Positions 47,855-57,097 of a DNA stretch of 64,000 bases are shown one piece after another (within the stretch, counting starts at the first letter, position 1; each line of letters starts with the position of its first letter). The position numbers were made by a program, and so were the translations under genes. Source of the DNA: Candidatus Latescibacterota bacterium (GTDB taxonomy: Bacteria; Latescibacterota; UBA2968). The notes below the pieces were generated by a model. That model did no database searches and was not told the origin of the DNA. It saw only the letters and a list, made by a program, of their open reading frames with translations. Location of the stretch: the NCBI GenBank assembly GCA_965222605.1, contig OZ244960.1, positions 5,056,001 through 5,120,000 of the forward strand, written 5' to 3'.

Positions 47855-48490
47855 CTACTCGTTTTCAAGCCGCTGACGCACATCTGCAGGAACATCGTCC
47901 AGCGTGGCGTTTTGGCTCAGTTGTAACGCCCGAACATAGGCTATAATAGCCCATCGATCTCGCGGTTTGATACGCGATGCATAGCTATACATTGCGCCAA
48001 AACCATTGGTCATTACATCAAAAAAGTAACCCGGTGTCTCATTTTGCAATCGCTCAACATGGTATGATGGGGGTTGCTTCATGCCGCGGCGCACCACCAT
48101 CCCGCGCCCATCACCTTCATATCCATGGCATGGGGAGCAGTAAATATTGTAGCGGTCTCTGCCGCGGAGAATCACATCGCGCGTAATGGGAAAGGGAAAT
48201 GTCTCCGCAGGTTTACCATCTACTATCCCGGTATATAAATGCGCGTCTGTACGCAAATGACCGCGTGCAACCGTACCTTTTATCCATGGCCGAGAGGACC
48301 GGTTATCCGCAAAAAAAGAATTTTTTTCCAGCGGTTCAAATCTCGACTGGTTGTACATTTCTTGCCGCAAACGCTCGATAGCTGTCGTGCCCTCACACCC
48401 TATTATCATAAAGAGTGCGAGCACCAGTCTCACGGGATGGGCAACGCCGATGAGCAGTTTTATCCCACTCGCTAATCTACGGTTCGACAT
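47855..48490 (-). CDS. actE: Alternative complex III subunit E (monoheme cytochrome c lipoprotein)
   Basis: Lipobox-like 'MIIGC', 'GTVARG', 'CSPCHG', 'DRWAIIAYVRALQ'. Confidence 0.9.
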   Translation of the reverse strand: MSNRRLASGIKLLIGVAHPVRLVLALFMIIGCEGTTAIERLRQEMYNQSRFEPLEKNSFFADNRSSRPWIKGTVARGHLRTDAHLYTGIVDGKPAETFPFPITRDVILRGRDRYNIYCSPCHGYEGDGRGMVVRRGMKQPPSYHVERLQNETPGYFFDVMTNGFGAMYSYASRIKPRDRWAIIAYVRALQLSQNATLDDVPADVRQRLENE

Positions 48491-49010
48491 CATCTACCTT
48501 TTTTGCTTTCAGGCTTTCGAGAAATGCACGGGTTTCGGAAATATCAAATTTGGGATCTTCGGTTTCGATACACAAAAAGAACCCATCACCAGAAGCGCGT
48601 TCAAAATTGGGAACATTGAAAACCGGGTGATAGAAACGTGGCAAACCATTGAGGATGAGCATGCCAATCAATGCACCGAAAGCGGAAAATAGCACGCCGA
48701 GTTCAAATGTCACGGGAATAAAAGAGGGCCAGCTCAAGAGGGGCCGACCACCCACGTTGAGCGGGAAGTCTATCACAGATACCCAGTACTGAAGCCCAAA
48801 GCCGAAACAGGCACCGAGCATCGCGCAAATCAACACAATGGTGGGCACGCGGTGCTTGTCATAACCCATTGATTCCGACAGATCGTGTATCGGCATTGGA
48901 GAATAAGCATCCATCTTGCGATACCCCGCTGCATGTGCATCTCTCGCAGCTTTGAGCAATTCGTCGGGACCATCAAATTCGGCCAAAAGACCGTATAATT
49001 TTTCAGCCAT
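48477..49010 (-). CDS. actD: Alternative complex III subunit D (DUF3341)
   Basis: 'LLAEF', 'DAYSPMPIH', 'NVGGRP', 'FIPVTFEL'. Confidence 0.92.
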   Translation of the reverse strand: MAEKLYGLLAEFDGPDELLKAARDAHAAGYRKMDAYSPMPIHDLSESMGYDKHRVPTIVLICAMLGACFGFGLQYWVSVIDFPLNVGGRPLLSWPSFIPVTFELGVLFSAFGALIGMLILNGLPRFYHPVFNVPNFERASGDGFFLCIETEDPKFDISETRAFLESLKAKKVDDVEP

Positions 49011-49022
49011 AATCACACCCGT

Positions 49023-50423
49023 TTAATCATCGGCAGAAGCTGTTTCCGCAGGTTCTCTGTGGCTTTTATTCGCCACTAACTGGCGGATTTCAAAAATATT
49101 AATGACGGGCATCACCCGAATAAACAGGATCATCATAAAGAGGAAAAATCCAATTGTGCCTGCGTACAATCCCCAGTCCCACGGCGTTGAGTGATACATA
49201 TCCCAGGACGAAGGCATAAAGTCGCGGTGCAGACTTGTCACCACGATGATAAATCGCTCGAGCCACATCCCCACATTGATAAACATGGAAATAATGAACA
49301 GCCCTATTGGACTCAGGCGCACCTGTTTAATCCATAATAATTGGGGAATGGCCACATTGCACAAGATCAATGACCAGTAGGTAGAAGAATAAGGGCCAGA
49401 AGTGCGATTTTGCATCATATAGCCTTCGTAGGGGCTGGCACTATACCATGCAAAAAACTGCTCCATCGCATAGCCATAAGCCACAAAGAGTCCGGTGGCG
49501 AGCATCACCTTGCCCATATTGTTCAGGTGGCGATCGGTGATATAATCGTGCAATCCGTAAAAGTAGCGAACGGGCAGCCCCAGCGTCAGCACCATTGCAA
49601 AACCAGCATATACGGCACCCGCCACAAAATAGGGAGGGAAGATGGTTGCATGCCAGCCGGGAATTAGCCCTACGGAAAAGTCCAAACTCACGATGGAGTG
49701 TACGGACAGCACCAGTGGCGTCGATACACCCGCCAAAAGAAGCGAGGCCATTTCATAGTTAAACCAGTGCTTGGCCGATCCGCGCCATCCCATTGACAAC
49801 ACGCCGTAGATGATCTGCGAAATTTTGTGTTTGGCCTTGTCGCGCAGGGTGGCAAAATCGGGAATCAGGCCCAGATACCAGAAGATCAGGGATACTGTAA
49901 AGTAGGTGCCAACGGCAAATACGTCCCATATCAGTGGACTGCGGAACTGCGGCCATACAGACATCGTATTGGGATAGGGCAACAGCCAGTAAGCCGCCAC
50001 CCAGGGACGCCCTGTGTGCAACAGCGGAAACATACCTGCGCACATGACGGCAAAGATGGTCATGGCTTCGGCAAATCGGTTGATCGAATTGCGCCATTGC
50101 TGACGCATGAGCAATAAAATAGCCGAAATCAATGTGCCGGCATGTCCAATACCGATCCACCAGACAAAGTTGATAATTGCCCAGCCCCAGCCAACGGGAA
50201 TGTTTAAGCCCCAGATACCGGTTCCTTTGATCAGCAGCCAGGTCGCAGACAACATCAACAACTGCAGGATAGCACCCGCAATTAACATCGCTGCAATCCA
50301 CCCCAAAGGCGTGCGACTGGTGATAATTGCACTGAGTTTCTGCGTCACCGTTGTATAGGTCTGCCCCGGACCGAGCACCGGCGCCGGCATCGTCGGATCT
50401 TTTATAGGTGCAGGACTACCCAT
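49023..50423 (-). CDS. actC: Alternative complex III subunit C (NrfD/PsrC family quinol-binding subunit)
   Basis: 'NFVWWIGIGHAGTLISA', 'RFAEAMT', 'HTGRPW', 'RSPLIWD', 'VHSIVS', 'GMWLERF'. Confidence 0.95.
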   Translation of the reverse strand: MGSPAPIKDPTMPAPVLGPGQTYTTVTQKLSAIITSRTPLGWIAAMLIAGAILQLLMLSATWLLIKGTGIWGLNIPVGWGWAIINFVWWIGIGHAGTLISAILLLMRQQWRNSINRFAEAMTIFAVMCAGMFPLLHTGRPWVAAYWLLPYPNTMSVWPQFRSPLIWDVFAVGTYFTVSLIFWYLGLIPDFATLRDKAKHKISQIIYGVLSMGWRGSAKHWFNYEMASLLLAGVSTPLVLSVHSIVSLDFSVGLIPGWHATIFPPYFVAGAVYAGFAMVLTLGLPVRYFYGLHDYITDRHLNNMGKVMLATGLFVAYGYAMEQFFAWYSASPYEGYMMQNRTSGPYSSTYWSLILCNVAIPQLLWIKQVRLSPIGLFIISMFINVGMWLERFIIVVTSLHRDFMPSSWDMYHSTPWDWGLYAGTIGFFLFMMILFIRVMPVINIFEIRQLVANKSHREPAETASADD

Positions 50424-53412
50424 GCTGTGAAATCTCCGGATTGGGATTGGTCAACCGCGCCAGATACGTGGTGCGCGGTTTGGTATTTAACTCTGTTAAA
50501 ATGCCGTAATTTCTCTGTTGGGCTTTGAGCTTGGCCACGCGGCTATTGGGGTCTTTGATATCGCCAAACACAATGGCATCTGTAGGACACGCACCCTGAC
50601 AGGCGGTTGTAATATCGCCCTCTTTCAATTCGCGGTCCTCGACCTTAGCCTCAATTCGCGCAGCACTAATGCGCTGCACACAATAGGTACATTTTTCCAT
50701 TACACCGCGACCGCGCACCGTCACATTGGGATTGCGCTGTAATTTGAAACTCTGTGTTTCTTCGTCGGTATAGTGGAGGAAATTGAAGCGCCGCACCTTA
50801 TAGGGGCAGTTATTCGAACAATACCGCGTGCCCACACAGCGGTTATAGGCCATATCGTTCAATCCCTCTGCGCTGTGTACGGTCGCGCCAACGGGACAGA
50901 CCAGTTCACACGGTGCATTCTCGCACTGCATACAGGGTACTGGCTGGTTATAAAGTTCGGGATTGTCCAGATCGCCTTTGTAGTAGCGGTCGATGCGAAT
51001 CCAGTGCATTTCGCGTCCGTTGAGCACCTGATCTTTGCCCACCACCGGGATATTATTTTCCGACTGACAGGCGACTGTGCAGGCATTGCAACCACTGCAC
51101 GAATTCAGGTCAATTGCCATGCCCCAGGCTATGCCATCGTTGTCGTGAATCCCATCAAAAAAGTTTGCATCGGGACCGGGATCGTGCCCCATTTCGTGTA
51201 CAAAATGCGGATGTTTTTCGTATTCATCGACTGTGCCAGATCGCACCAGCGCGCGGCCTTCCATACTGTGGTGATCCTGTGTGCAGGCCAGGGGATACGT
51301 CTGCCCCGTTTTTGTCATTGACGCGCCCAACGCAAACCAGGGCGAATCAGATGTCTGAAGTGCGTAAGCATTAAAGCCAACGCCATTACCCACGCGCCCG
51401 GCAGCGGTGCGTCCAAACCCGAGATGTACAGTAACGGCATTTGCGGGGTGCCCAGGTGCGATCCAAACAGGTGCTTCCACCGAGCGATTATTCGCGCTTA
51501 ACACGACCACATCGCCATTTTGAAGCCCCATCATCTCGGCAGTTGCCGGCGCGATCAAAGCTGCATTATCCCAGGTAAGGCGCGTATGGGGTTTGGGCAA
51601 TTCTTGCAACCAGCCATTATTGGCATATCGCCCATCGCCAATTGTGGGATCCAACCGGAAGTTCACTTCGAGACCCTCACGCACCTGCGATGGTGTGCCG
51701 TAATTTTCGGTTAAGCTCACAGAACGCTCGGGCAAAGCCGTATCGGGAACCAATCCGTCGTGCAAATAGGTTTGCCAGGTTGTTTCAAATTCGCTGCCTT
51801 TGTACTGTTCTCTCCAATATTCTTTGACCCGATCGTAATCCGTGCGTCCATCCCCCAGCATCATAGCCACCAGTTCCGCGGCGGACTTGCCACCATAGAG
51901 CGGCTCGATCAATGGCTGGACAATAGACACGGTGCCATCAAAAGCGCGTGTATCGCCCCAGGCTTCTAATGCGTGTGCTTCGGGCAAATGCCAGTGAGAC
52001 AATCGCGCGGTTTCATTTTGGGATTGGCCCAGATGGATGCGCGTTGTCACCATCTGGTAAGCTGCGGCAAAATTGAGATCTGCTGGCGCATTATAGACGG
52101 GATTGCCACCCAAAACCACCAGCAGTGAAACCCTGCCTTCTGACATATCAACAGATAAATCTTTGAGGGAAGCGTACTGATTGGTCGGCTCGGCTTCTAC
52201 TGGATCTGTGTACGTCACGGTCTTGCCCACATTGCCCAACGCATTGTTGATGGCGTGTGCAAGCGCGTGAACAGCAGGCGGTTGATGATCGCCGGCGATC
52301 ACCAGCGATGCGCCGCGGTGTGCTGTCAAATCTTTAACCAGGGCATTGAGCCAGGTATCGTGCCCGGCACTATCGCCACCCGTCGCGTTTATTTCCAGTG
52401 CCGTAGCTACTGCTCGCGCAAATCCCTCGACCTGACTGGCTTTCAATGGCAGGCGATGATCGGCAAAAGACCCCGTGTTGGATGGGGTGGATTCAACGAC
52501 GTAGATTCGGTTCATATCGGCTTTTTGACCGTCGATGACCTGGCGGCCCAGAGCAACGTGCCGAGCGTGTCGAACACTTGCCGCGCCGCTATCCATAAAA
52601 TCGGCGTCTAAAGACAAGATGCGTTTGGCATCTTCGAAATGATACTGCGTTTCGACCACTTCGCCAAAAGCCATTCTGGCACCTTCGCGCACGTTGTCGC
52701 GTGTACCAGGCTCAAATTGATGCCACCTTGCATTGGGATATTTTTCTAATAGTGCGCGGGTCTGGCTGATCAAAACCGGAGAAGTCACCGTTTCTGTCAA
52801 CAGACGCAACCCTTCTCCCTGGTCTAAATCGAGTTTTGCCACTTCGGTCGCAAGTGTAGCAGAAAATCTCGACCATGTACTCGCACGCCCGTTTGCCACG
52901 GGTACCTGCGTGCGGTCCGGGTCATAGAGGTCGAGTATTTGAGCCTGTGTAATTGCATCTGTGGGACCAAAAGTCGCATTGCCCGATCGGGGTGTTGCAG
53001 GATGTGAGGGATTGCCCTCTATTTTGGTTGGACGCCCAGCATGACTTTCGACCAATACGCCCCGGGCGAATCCGCCTTGAGAGAGAGCCGAAGCAAAAAA
53101 CAGGGGTTTGCCGGGTACGATCTGTTCGGGCGCACGGACATAGGGTACGATTTTTTCTGGCGGCTGGCGCGTACACGAAGTCAAACCGGCAAAAGCCAGA
53201 GACGCCCCCATCACCTGTAAAAATTTTCGGCGACCGACTTTATCGTCCCATTCGGAAGCCCCTTCGGGAAATTCGCGGTGCAAATAGTTGCGAAATTCTT
53301 CCGTATCGGCCAATTCATTCAGGCTGCGCCAATAATCCTGCCCCTCGCGTGTAGCCAAGCGTTTTCGAATCGCAGAGAGGTCCAAACCGTCTTTATGTGC
53401 TGTGCGTATCAT
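50416..53412 (-). CDS. actB: Alternative complex III subunit B (Mo-less molybdopterin-oxidoreductase domain + Fe-S domain)
   Basis: 'YWRSL', Tat-like 'RRKFLQVMGAS', 'GRPTKIEGNP', Fe-S motifs 'CSGCNACTVAC', 'CMQCENAPC', 'CVGTRYCSNNCPY', 'EKCTYC'. ATGA overlap with actA. Confidence 0.95.
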   Translation of the reverse strand: MIRTAHKDGLDLSAIRKRLATREGQDYWRSLNELADTEEFRNYLHREFPEGASEWDDKVGRRKFLQVMGASLAFAGLTSCTRQPPEKIVPYVRAPEQIVPGKPLFFASALSQGGFARGVLVESHAGRPTKIEGNPSHPATPRSGNATFGPTDAITQAQILDLYDPDRTQVPVANGRASTWSRFSATLATEVAKLDLDQGEGLRLLTETVTSPVLISQTRALLEKYPNARWHQFEPGTRDNVREGARMAFGEVVETQYHFEDAKRILSLDADFMDSGAASVRHARHVALGRQVIDGQKADMNRIYVVESTPSNTGSFADHRLPLKASQVEGFARAVATALEINATGGDSAGHDTWLNALVKDLTAHRGASLVIAGDHQPPAVHALAHAINNALGNVGKTVTYTDPVEAEPTNQYASLKDLSVDMSEGRVSLLVVLGGNPVYNAPADLNFAAAYQMVTTRIHLGQSQNETARLSHWHLPEAHALEAWGDTRAFDGTVSIVQPLIEPLYGGKSAAELVAMMLGDGRTDYDRVKEYWREQYKGSEFETTWQTYLHDGLVPDTALPERSVSLTENYGTPSQVREGLEVNFRLDPTIGDGRYANNGWLQELPKPHTRLTWDNAALIAPATAEMMGLQNGDVVVLSANNRSVEAPVWIAPGHPANAVTVHLGFGRTAAGRVGNGVGFNAYALQTSDSPWFALGASMTKTGQTYPLACTQDHHSMEGRALVRSGTVDEYEKHPHFVHEMGHDPGPDANFFDGIHDNDGIAWGMAIDLNSCSGCNACTVACQSENNIPVVGKDQVLNGREMHWIRIDRYYKGDLDNPELYNQPVPCMQCENAPCELVCPVGATVHSAEGLNDMAYNRCVGTRYCSNNCPYKVRRFNFLHYTDEETQSFKLQRNPNVTVRGRGVMEKCTYCVQRISAARIEAKVEDRELKEGDITTACQGACPTDAIVFGDIKDPNSRVAKLKAQQRNYGILTELNTKPRTTYLARLTNPNPEISQHG

Positions 53413-54077
53413 CGATGACATGTCGAGCAATCCGTGGAAGGGTTAATATCGTAGTCTCGAACCAGTTGTGTGCCCAGCATGGCTTGCGATACCGCATGTC
53501 CGCGTTCATCCATTGGTTTCCATGCCATATTGAAAACTTCTTCGCGGGGACGCACATATTTTTCGGGTGCCCGGTGACATTCCAGACACCATTCCATATT
53601 GAGGGTGTTCACTTTCCACATCAGCGGCATTTGATCGACCTGCCCGTGACAGGTTTGACATCCGATGCCTTTGTGGACGTGAATACTATGATTGAAATAG
53701 ACAAAATCGGGGAGATCGTGTACGCGAACCCACTCTATGGGATTCCCCGTGCGATAACTTTCGCGGATGGGTTCGAGAAGGGGGCTTTCCGTCCAAATCT
53801 GAGAATGACAGGTCATGCAGGTTTCAACAGGAGGGATATTGGCGAAAGAAGATTCTTCAACAGAGGTATGACAATAGCGACAATCGAGGCCCACGCCGGT
53901 CACGTGGTGTTTGTGACTGAAGGGTACGGGCTGTTTTCTTGCGACCAGGACATCGGTTGTGTAGTGCAATCGGTTGGTGTTGAGCAGAATGGTGAGGCCC
54001 GTTCCAACAACAACCAGAACCACGACAATACTGATTCTGGCAAACGCGTCACTGCCACGCGGAAAAAGCTGCGCCAT
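53409..54077 (-). CDS. actA: Alternative complex III subunit A (pentaheme cytochrome c)
   Basis: One TM segment and five CxxCH motifs (CRYCH, CMTCH, CQTCH, CLECH, CSTCH), 'QPVPFSH', 'LPDFVYFNHS'. Confidence 0.95.
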   Translation of the reverse strand: MAQLFPRGSDAFARISIVVVLVVVGTGLTILLNTNRLHYTTDVLVARKQPVPFSHKHHVTGVGLDCRYCHTSVEESSFANIPPVETCMTCHSQIWTESPLLEPIRESYRTGNPIEWVRVHDLPDFVYFNHSIHVHKGIGCQTCHGQVDQMPLMWKVNTLNMEWCLECHRAPEKYVRPREEVFNMAWKPMDERGHAVSQAMLGTQLVRDYDINPSTDCSTCHR

Positions 54078-54138
54078 TTATGAATCCTGTGAAGTGAGAT
54101 GAGACAAAATGCGATCGGGTCGAGCCTACGAAAAGCTT

Positions 54139-54167
54139 AATATACATGAATCTACATGCGAGTCAAG
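54139..54167 (-). promoter_or_regulatory. Putative sigma70 promoter of the act-cox operon (copy 1)
   Basis: Minus strand TTGACT-16 nt-TATATT. Near-identical to 55408-55436. Confidence 0.6.
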
Positions 54168-54243
54168 TAATAAGTTTTGCTCATATTTAAACTGTACATT
54201 ATTATCTACTTTGTTTGGCATACAAAACACAATCGCTTTTTAA

Positions 54244-55368
54244 TTATGAGTGTCTGCCATACAAATGTTCTACATCGCGCCGATTGCCGCATGTGGGTAG
54301 TTCGGCAATGTATTGGTAGTCAGGTTCACGCGCCTGTCTGTCCAAAATTTTAGCAATCTGTTTCCACGTTTCGCGCAAGCCGCGGGGGCAGTGGGGCATC
54401 TCGTGTTTGATCAGCCTGTGTAGCCGACCGAGCTTGTAGCACGGAACCGCAGCGTACATGTGGTGTTCGGTGTGGTAGTTCATATGCCAGTAGAGAAATT
54501 GGAGCAGGGGATTGAGGTAGATCGTGCGGCAGCAGAGACGAAAATCCGGCACCTTGTCTTGCAGGCCAACGTGCTGTGCATTGTTGCAGAGAAAGTGCAA
54601 CCACGACCCGAACATTTTCGGAAATGTGATGACCAGCGGAACAATCCAGTACCCATACGCCAAAGATATACCCGCGATCAAGAGGTGGCCGATGAGCAAG
54701 GTGCGCTCCCATCTGGTGTAGGCGCGACACCGCTCTGGATCGCTTTCGGGAAAGAGCATTCCAATCCAGGAATTTTCCCTGTTGATATAGCCGGTAAAGT
54801 TTCGAAACCTCTCTTTGAGCAGTGTGTAGGGATACTTGTGGTTTACAATGGCTCGCTTCCACAGACCTTTGAGGTCGATTTTTTGAGGGAGTACGACTTC
54901 TTGATCGTCAGGTGCATGCAGGGCGTATTTGTGGTGCTCGGTATGGCTGGCCCAGAATAGATGGTGGTTGTACCAGCCGAGGAAGGATAAAATGCGGAGG
55001 AAGAAGCGATTGAGCCATCGAGTCTTGAAGACCGAATCGTGTACCAGTTCGTGAAAGCCGTTGACCAGAAAATGCCAGAAGTGCCCGTTGATGAAGACCA
55101 GTAGCGCAGTGATATACCAGGGCCAGTGACGCGATGAGTAAATGGCCGCTCCAGCAGAAACCGTTAGCACGCTTAGAAAACCGAGTGTCTGAGCAAAGCC
55201 GAGGAAATCACTTCGCTTGTTGAATTCGCGCAATGTCTCGCGGGTGACGCGGCAGCGATACCATTTGATGCGCGTTTTTTTGGGCGGAGTGTTGTATTTT
55301 GGCCCTTCTGTCAATACGTCTCGATCAGAGAGCGCGTTCTGGCTTGCGTTTTCAGTTTGTGTGTTCAT
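54244..55368 (-). CDS. Membrane fatty-acid desaturase / hydroxylase family (MocD-like)
   Basis: His boxes 'HELVH', 'HTEHH', 'YHTEHH', 'VPCYKL'. Confidence 0.85.
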   Translation of the reverse strand: MNTQTENASQNALSDRDVLTEGPKYNTPPKKTRIKWYRCRVTRETLREFNKRSDFLGFAQTLGFLSVLTVSAGAAIYSSRHWPWYITALLVFINGHFWHFLVNGFHELVHDSVFKTRWLNRFFLRILSFLGWYNHHLFWASHTEHHKYALHAPDDQEVVLPQKIDLKGLWKRAIVNHKYPYTLLKERFRNFTGYINRENSWIGMLFPESDPERCRAYTRWERTLLIGHLLIAGISLAYGYWIVPLVITFPKMFGSWLHFLCNNAQHVGLQDKVPDFRLCCRTIYLNPLLQFLYWHMNYHTEHHMYAAVPCYKLGRLHRLIKHEMPHCPRGLRETWKQIAKILDRQAREPDYQYIAELPTCGNRRDVEHLYGRHS

Positions 55369-55407
55369 GTCGATGATTCGCCTGTTTAAAGCTTAAGATC
55401 AACGACC

Positions 55408-55436
55408 AAGATACGCGAATCTATGTGCGAGTCAAG
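55408..55436 (-). promoter_or_regulatory. Putative sigma70 promoter of the desaturase gene (copy 2)
   Basis: Minus strand TTGACT-16 nt-TATCTT. 24/29 identical to copy 1. Confidence 0.55.
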
Positions 55437-55509
55437 CTCGTTCTGTGAACCGATCCCCGCACATACGCACGTCGCAGTCATATCCCAGATAAACGGCCAT
55501 GGGTTCCCC

Positions 55510-55538
55510 TTGCTTTGGAAAAATGAAACGGCTATTAT
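55510..55538 (+). promoter_or_regulatory. Putative sigma70 promoter
   Basis: TTGCTT-17 nt-TATTAT ahead of a GGAGGAG RBS. Confidence 0.45.
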
Positions 55539-55580
55539 GGACCACCCCACTGCGAATGTAGAGAATGGAGGAGTACAGCA

Positions 55581-56972
55581 ATGAATTCACCAGATCCACT
55601 TATTGCATCCAACCACCGCCAACTCTTTGTCGATAAGCACTTTATCGACAGCCTCGAACAGGTGCATATTCATCAGCACGCGCCCATCCCACGCGAAACG
55701 TGTCTCAGCCTCAATCGCCCCTGGGAAGGTGAAACGAGTTGGTGTCCTGTTGTTATCAAAGATGGCGATAGATATAGAATGTGGTACCGATCTCAAGATG
55801 AGCAACAAGACACGGGTGGTTTTAACCACACGTTCACGGCTTATGCTGAAAGTGAAGACGGTATTTGTTGGCGGCGTCCCAACCTCGGTTTGTTCAACTT
55901 TAATGGTTCAACTGATAACAATATCTGTGTTGACAATCCCAATACCAAAAACATCGCGGTTTTTAAAGATGAACGTCCCTGTGTGCCAGAATCCGAGCGG
56001 TACAAAGCAGCGGGTCGCTGGAGTGGCGGCAAACCCGCTCGCATCTACGGTCTCGTCTCGCCCGATGGCATTCACTGGCAAAATGCAGCAGACGGGCCAC
56101 TTATCGTCGCTTCTGAGGACGATCCCAATTTTGACAGTCCGGTCAGTGCTTTTTGGGATGAACGTCAGGGGTGTTATGTCCTGTACGCACGAGGCTGGTC
56201 TCCCGATGGCAATGAACCGCGAATGCGCGCCATTCGAATGACTACTTCTCGGGATTTCATAAATTGGGACGCTTGGCAATATATCCGCATTGATGGTCAA
56301 ACGCGCTTTGATTATCAACTTTATACCAATGCCGTTCATCCCTACGTACGGGCGCCCTACTACTTCGCGTTTCCCAAACGCTTTATTTCAACGCGCAAAG
56401 CTCTGCCTGGCTGGGGGCACGAAGGTCTTTCCGATGTCCTCTTTCTCGCCAGTAGAGATGGTTTGAATTTCACACAGCCTTATGCCGATGCGTTTATGCG
56501 TCCCGGTCTGGATCAAAACAACTGGCACGAGCGCTCCATTTTCATCGCACCGCACGTTGTCTCTACAGCGCCCGGCGAACTCTCTCTTTATTCTGTGCAA
56601 AATTATCGCACACCCCATGTACACATTCGGCGTTTCACTCTGCGGGAAGATGGGTTTGTCTCTGTTCGCGCTGACGCGAGGACTGGTATTCTTACGACCA
56701 AATCGTTCACTTTCACCGGTACCCAATTGGAAATCAATTATTCTACGAGTATTGCCGGATCGATTCGCATTGCATTGCTCGACGAAGCGGGCGATCCTCT
56801 TCCAAAATTCGCGCTCGACGACTGTCCCCATATTTTCGGTGATGAAATCGCGCGTATTGTTCGTTGGGAAAACGCCAATGCTATCGATATTGCCTCGCAC
56901 CAACCCATCCGTTTGCAATTTGAGCTAACCGAGGCAGACCTTTTTTCTTTTCGATTCTTCAACCCCGATTAA
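55581..56972 (+). CDS. Uncharacterised glycoside-hydrolase-like five-bladed beta-propeller protein
   Basis: 'RQLFVD', 'RMWY', Asp-box-like 'AESEDGICW', 'SPDGIHW', 'SRDFINW', 'SRDGLNF', C-terminal 'LREDGFVS'. Confidence 0.7.
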   Translation: MNSPDPLIASNHRQLFVDKHFIDSLEQVHIHQHAPIPRETCLSLNRPWEGETSWCPVVIKDGDRYRMWYRSQDEQQDTGGFNHTFTAYAESEDGICWRRPNLGLFNFNGSTDNNICVDNPNTKNIAVFKDERPCVPESERYKAAGRWSGGKPARIYGLVSPDGIHWQNAADGPLIVASEDDPNFDSPVSAFWDERQGCYVLYARGWSPDGNEPRMRAIRMTTSRDFINWDAWQYIRIDGQTRFDYQLYTNAVHPYVRAPYYFAFPKRFISTRKALPGWGHEGLSDVLFLASRDGLNFTQPYADAFMRPGLDQNNWHERSIFIAPHVVSTAPGELSLYSVQNYRTPHVHIRRFTLREDGFVSVRADARTGILTTKSFTFTGTQLEINYSTSIAGSIRIALLDEAGDPLPKFALDDCPHIFGDEIARIVRWENANAIDIASHQPIRLQFELTEADLFSFRFFNPD

Positions 56973-56993
56973 CGCATAAATCCTCGATACGTT

Positions 56994-57020
56994 GGGCGGG
57001 CACAGGGGCACCGCTCCTAC
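56994..57020 (-). repeat. REP-like palindrome (GTAG family)
   Basis: Minus strand GTAGGAGCGGTGCCCCTGTGCCCGCCC. Confidence 0.55.
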
Positions 57021-57037
57021 ATTCTGATTTAGCCTTT

Positions 57038-57067
57038 CATCTGTGTCCATCTGTGTCCATCTGTGGT
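57038..57067. repeat. Short tandem repeat (CATCTGTGTC x about 3)
   Basis: CATCTGTGTC CATCTGTGTC CATCTGTGGT. Confidence 0.8.
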
Positions 57068-57097
57068 TGCTTTTGATTTTTTTTCCGGAGAAATGTC

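Noticed and set aside
50416-53412. Molybdopterin oxidoreductase as an anaerobic reductase
   Set aside because: Context and domain order identify it as ActB, which is known to lack a Mo cofactor.
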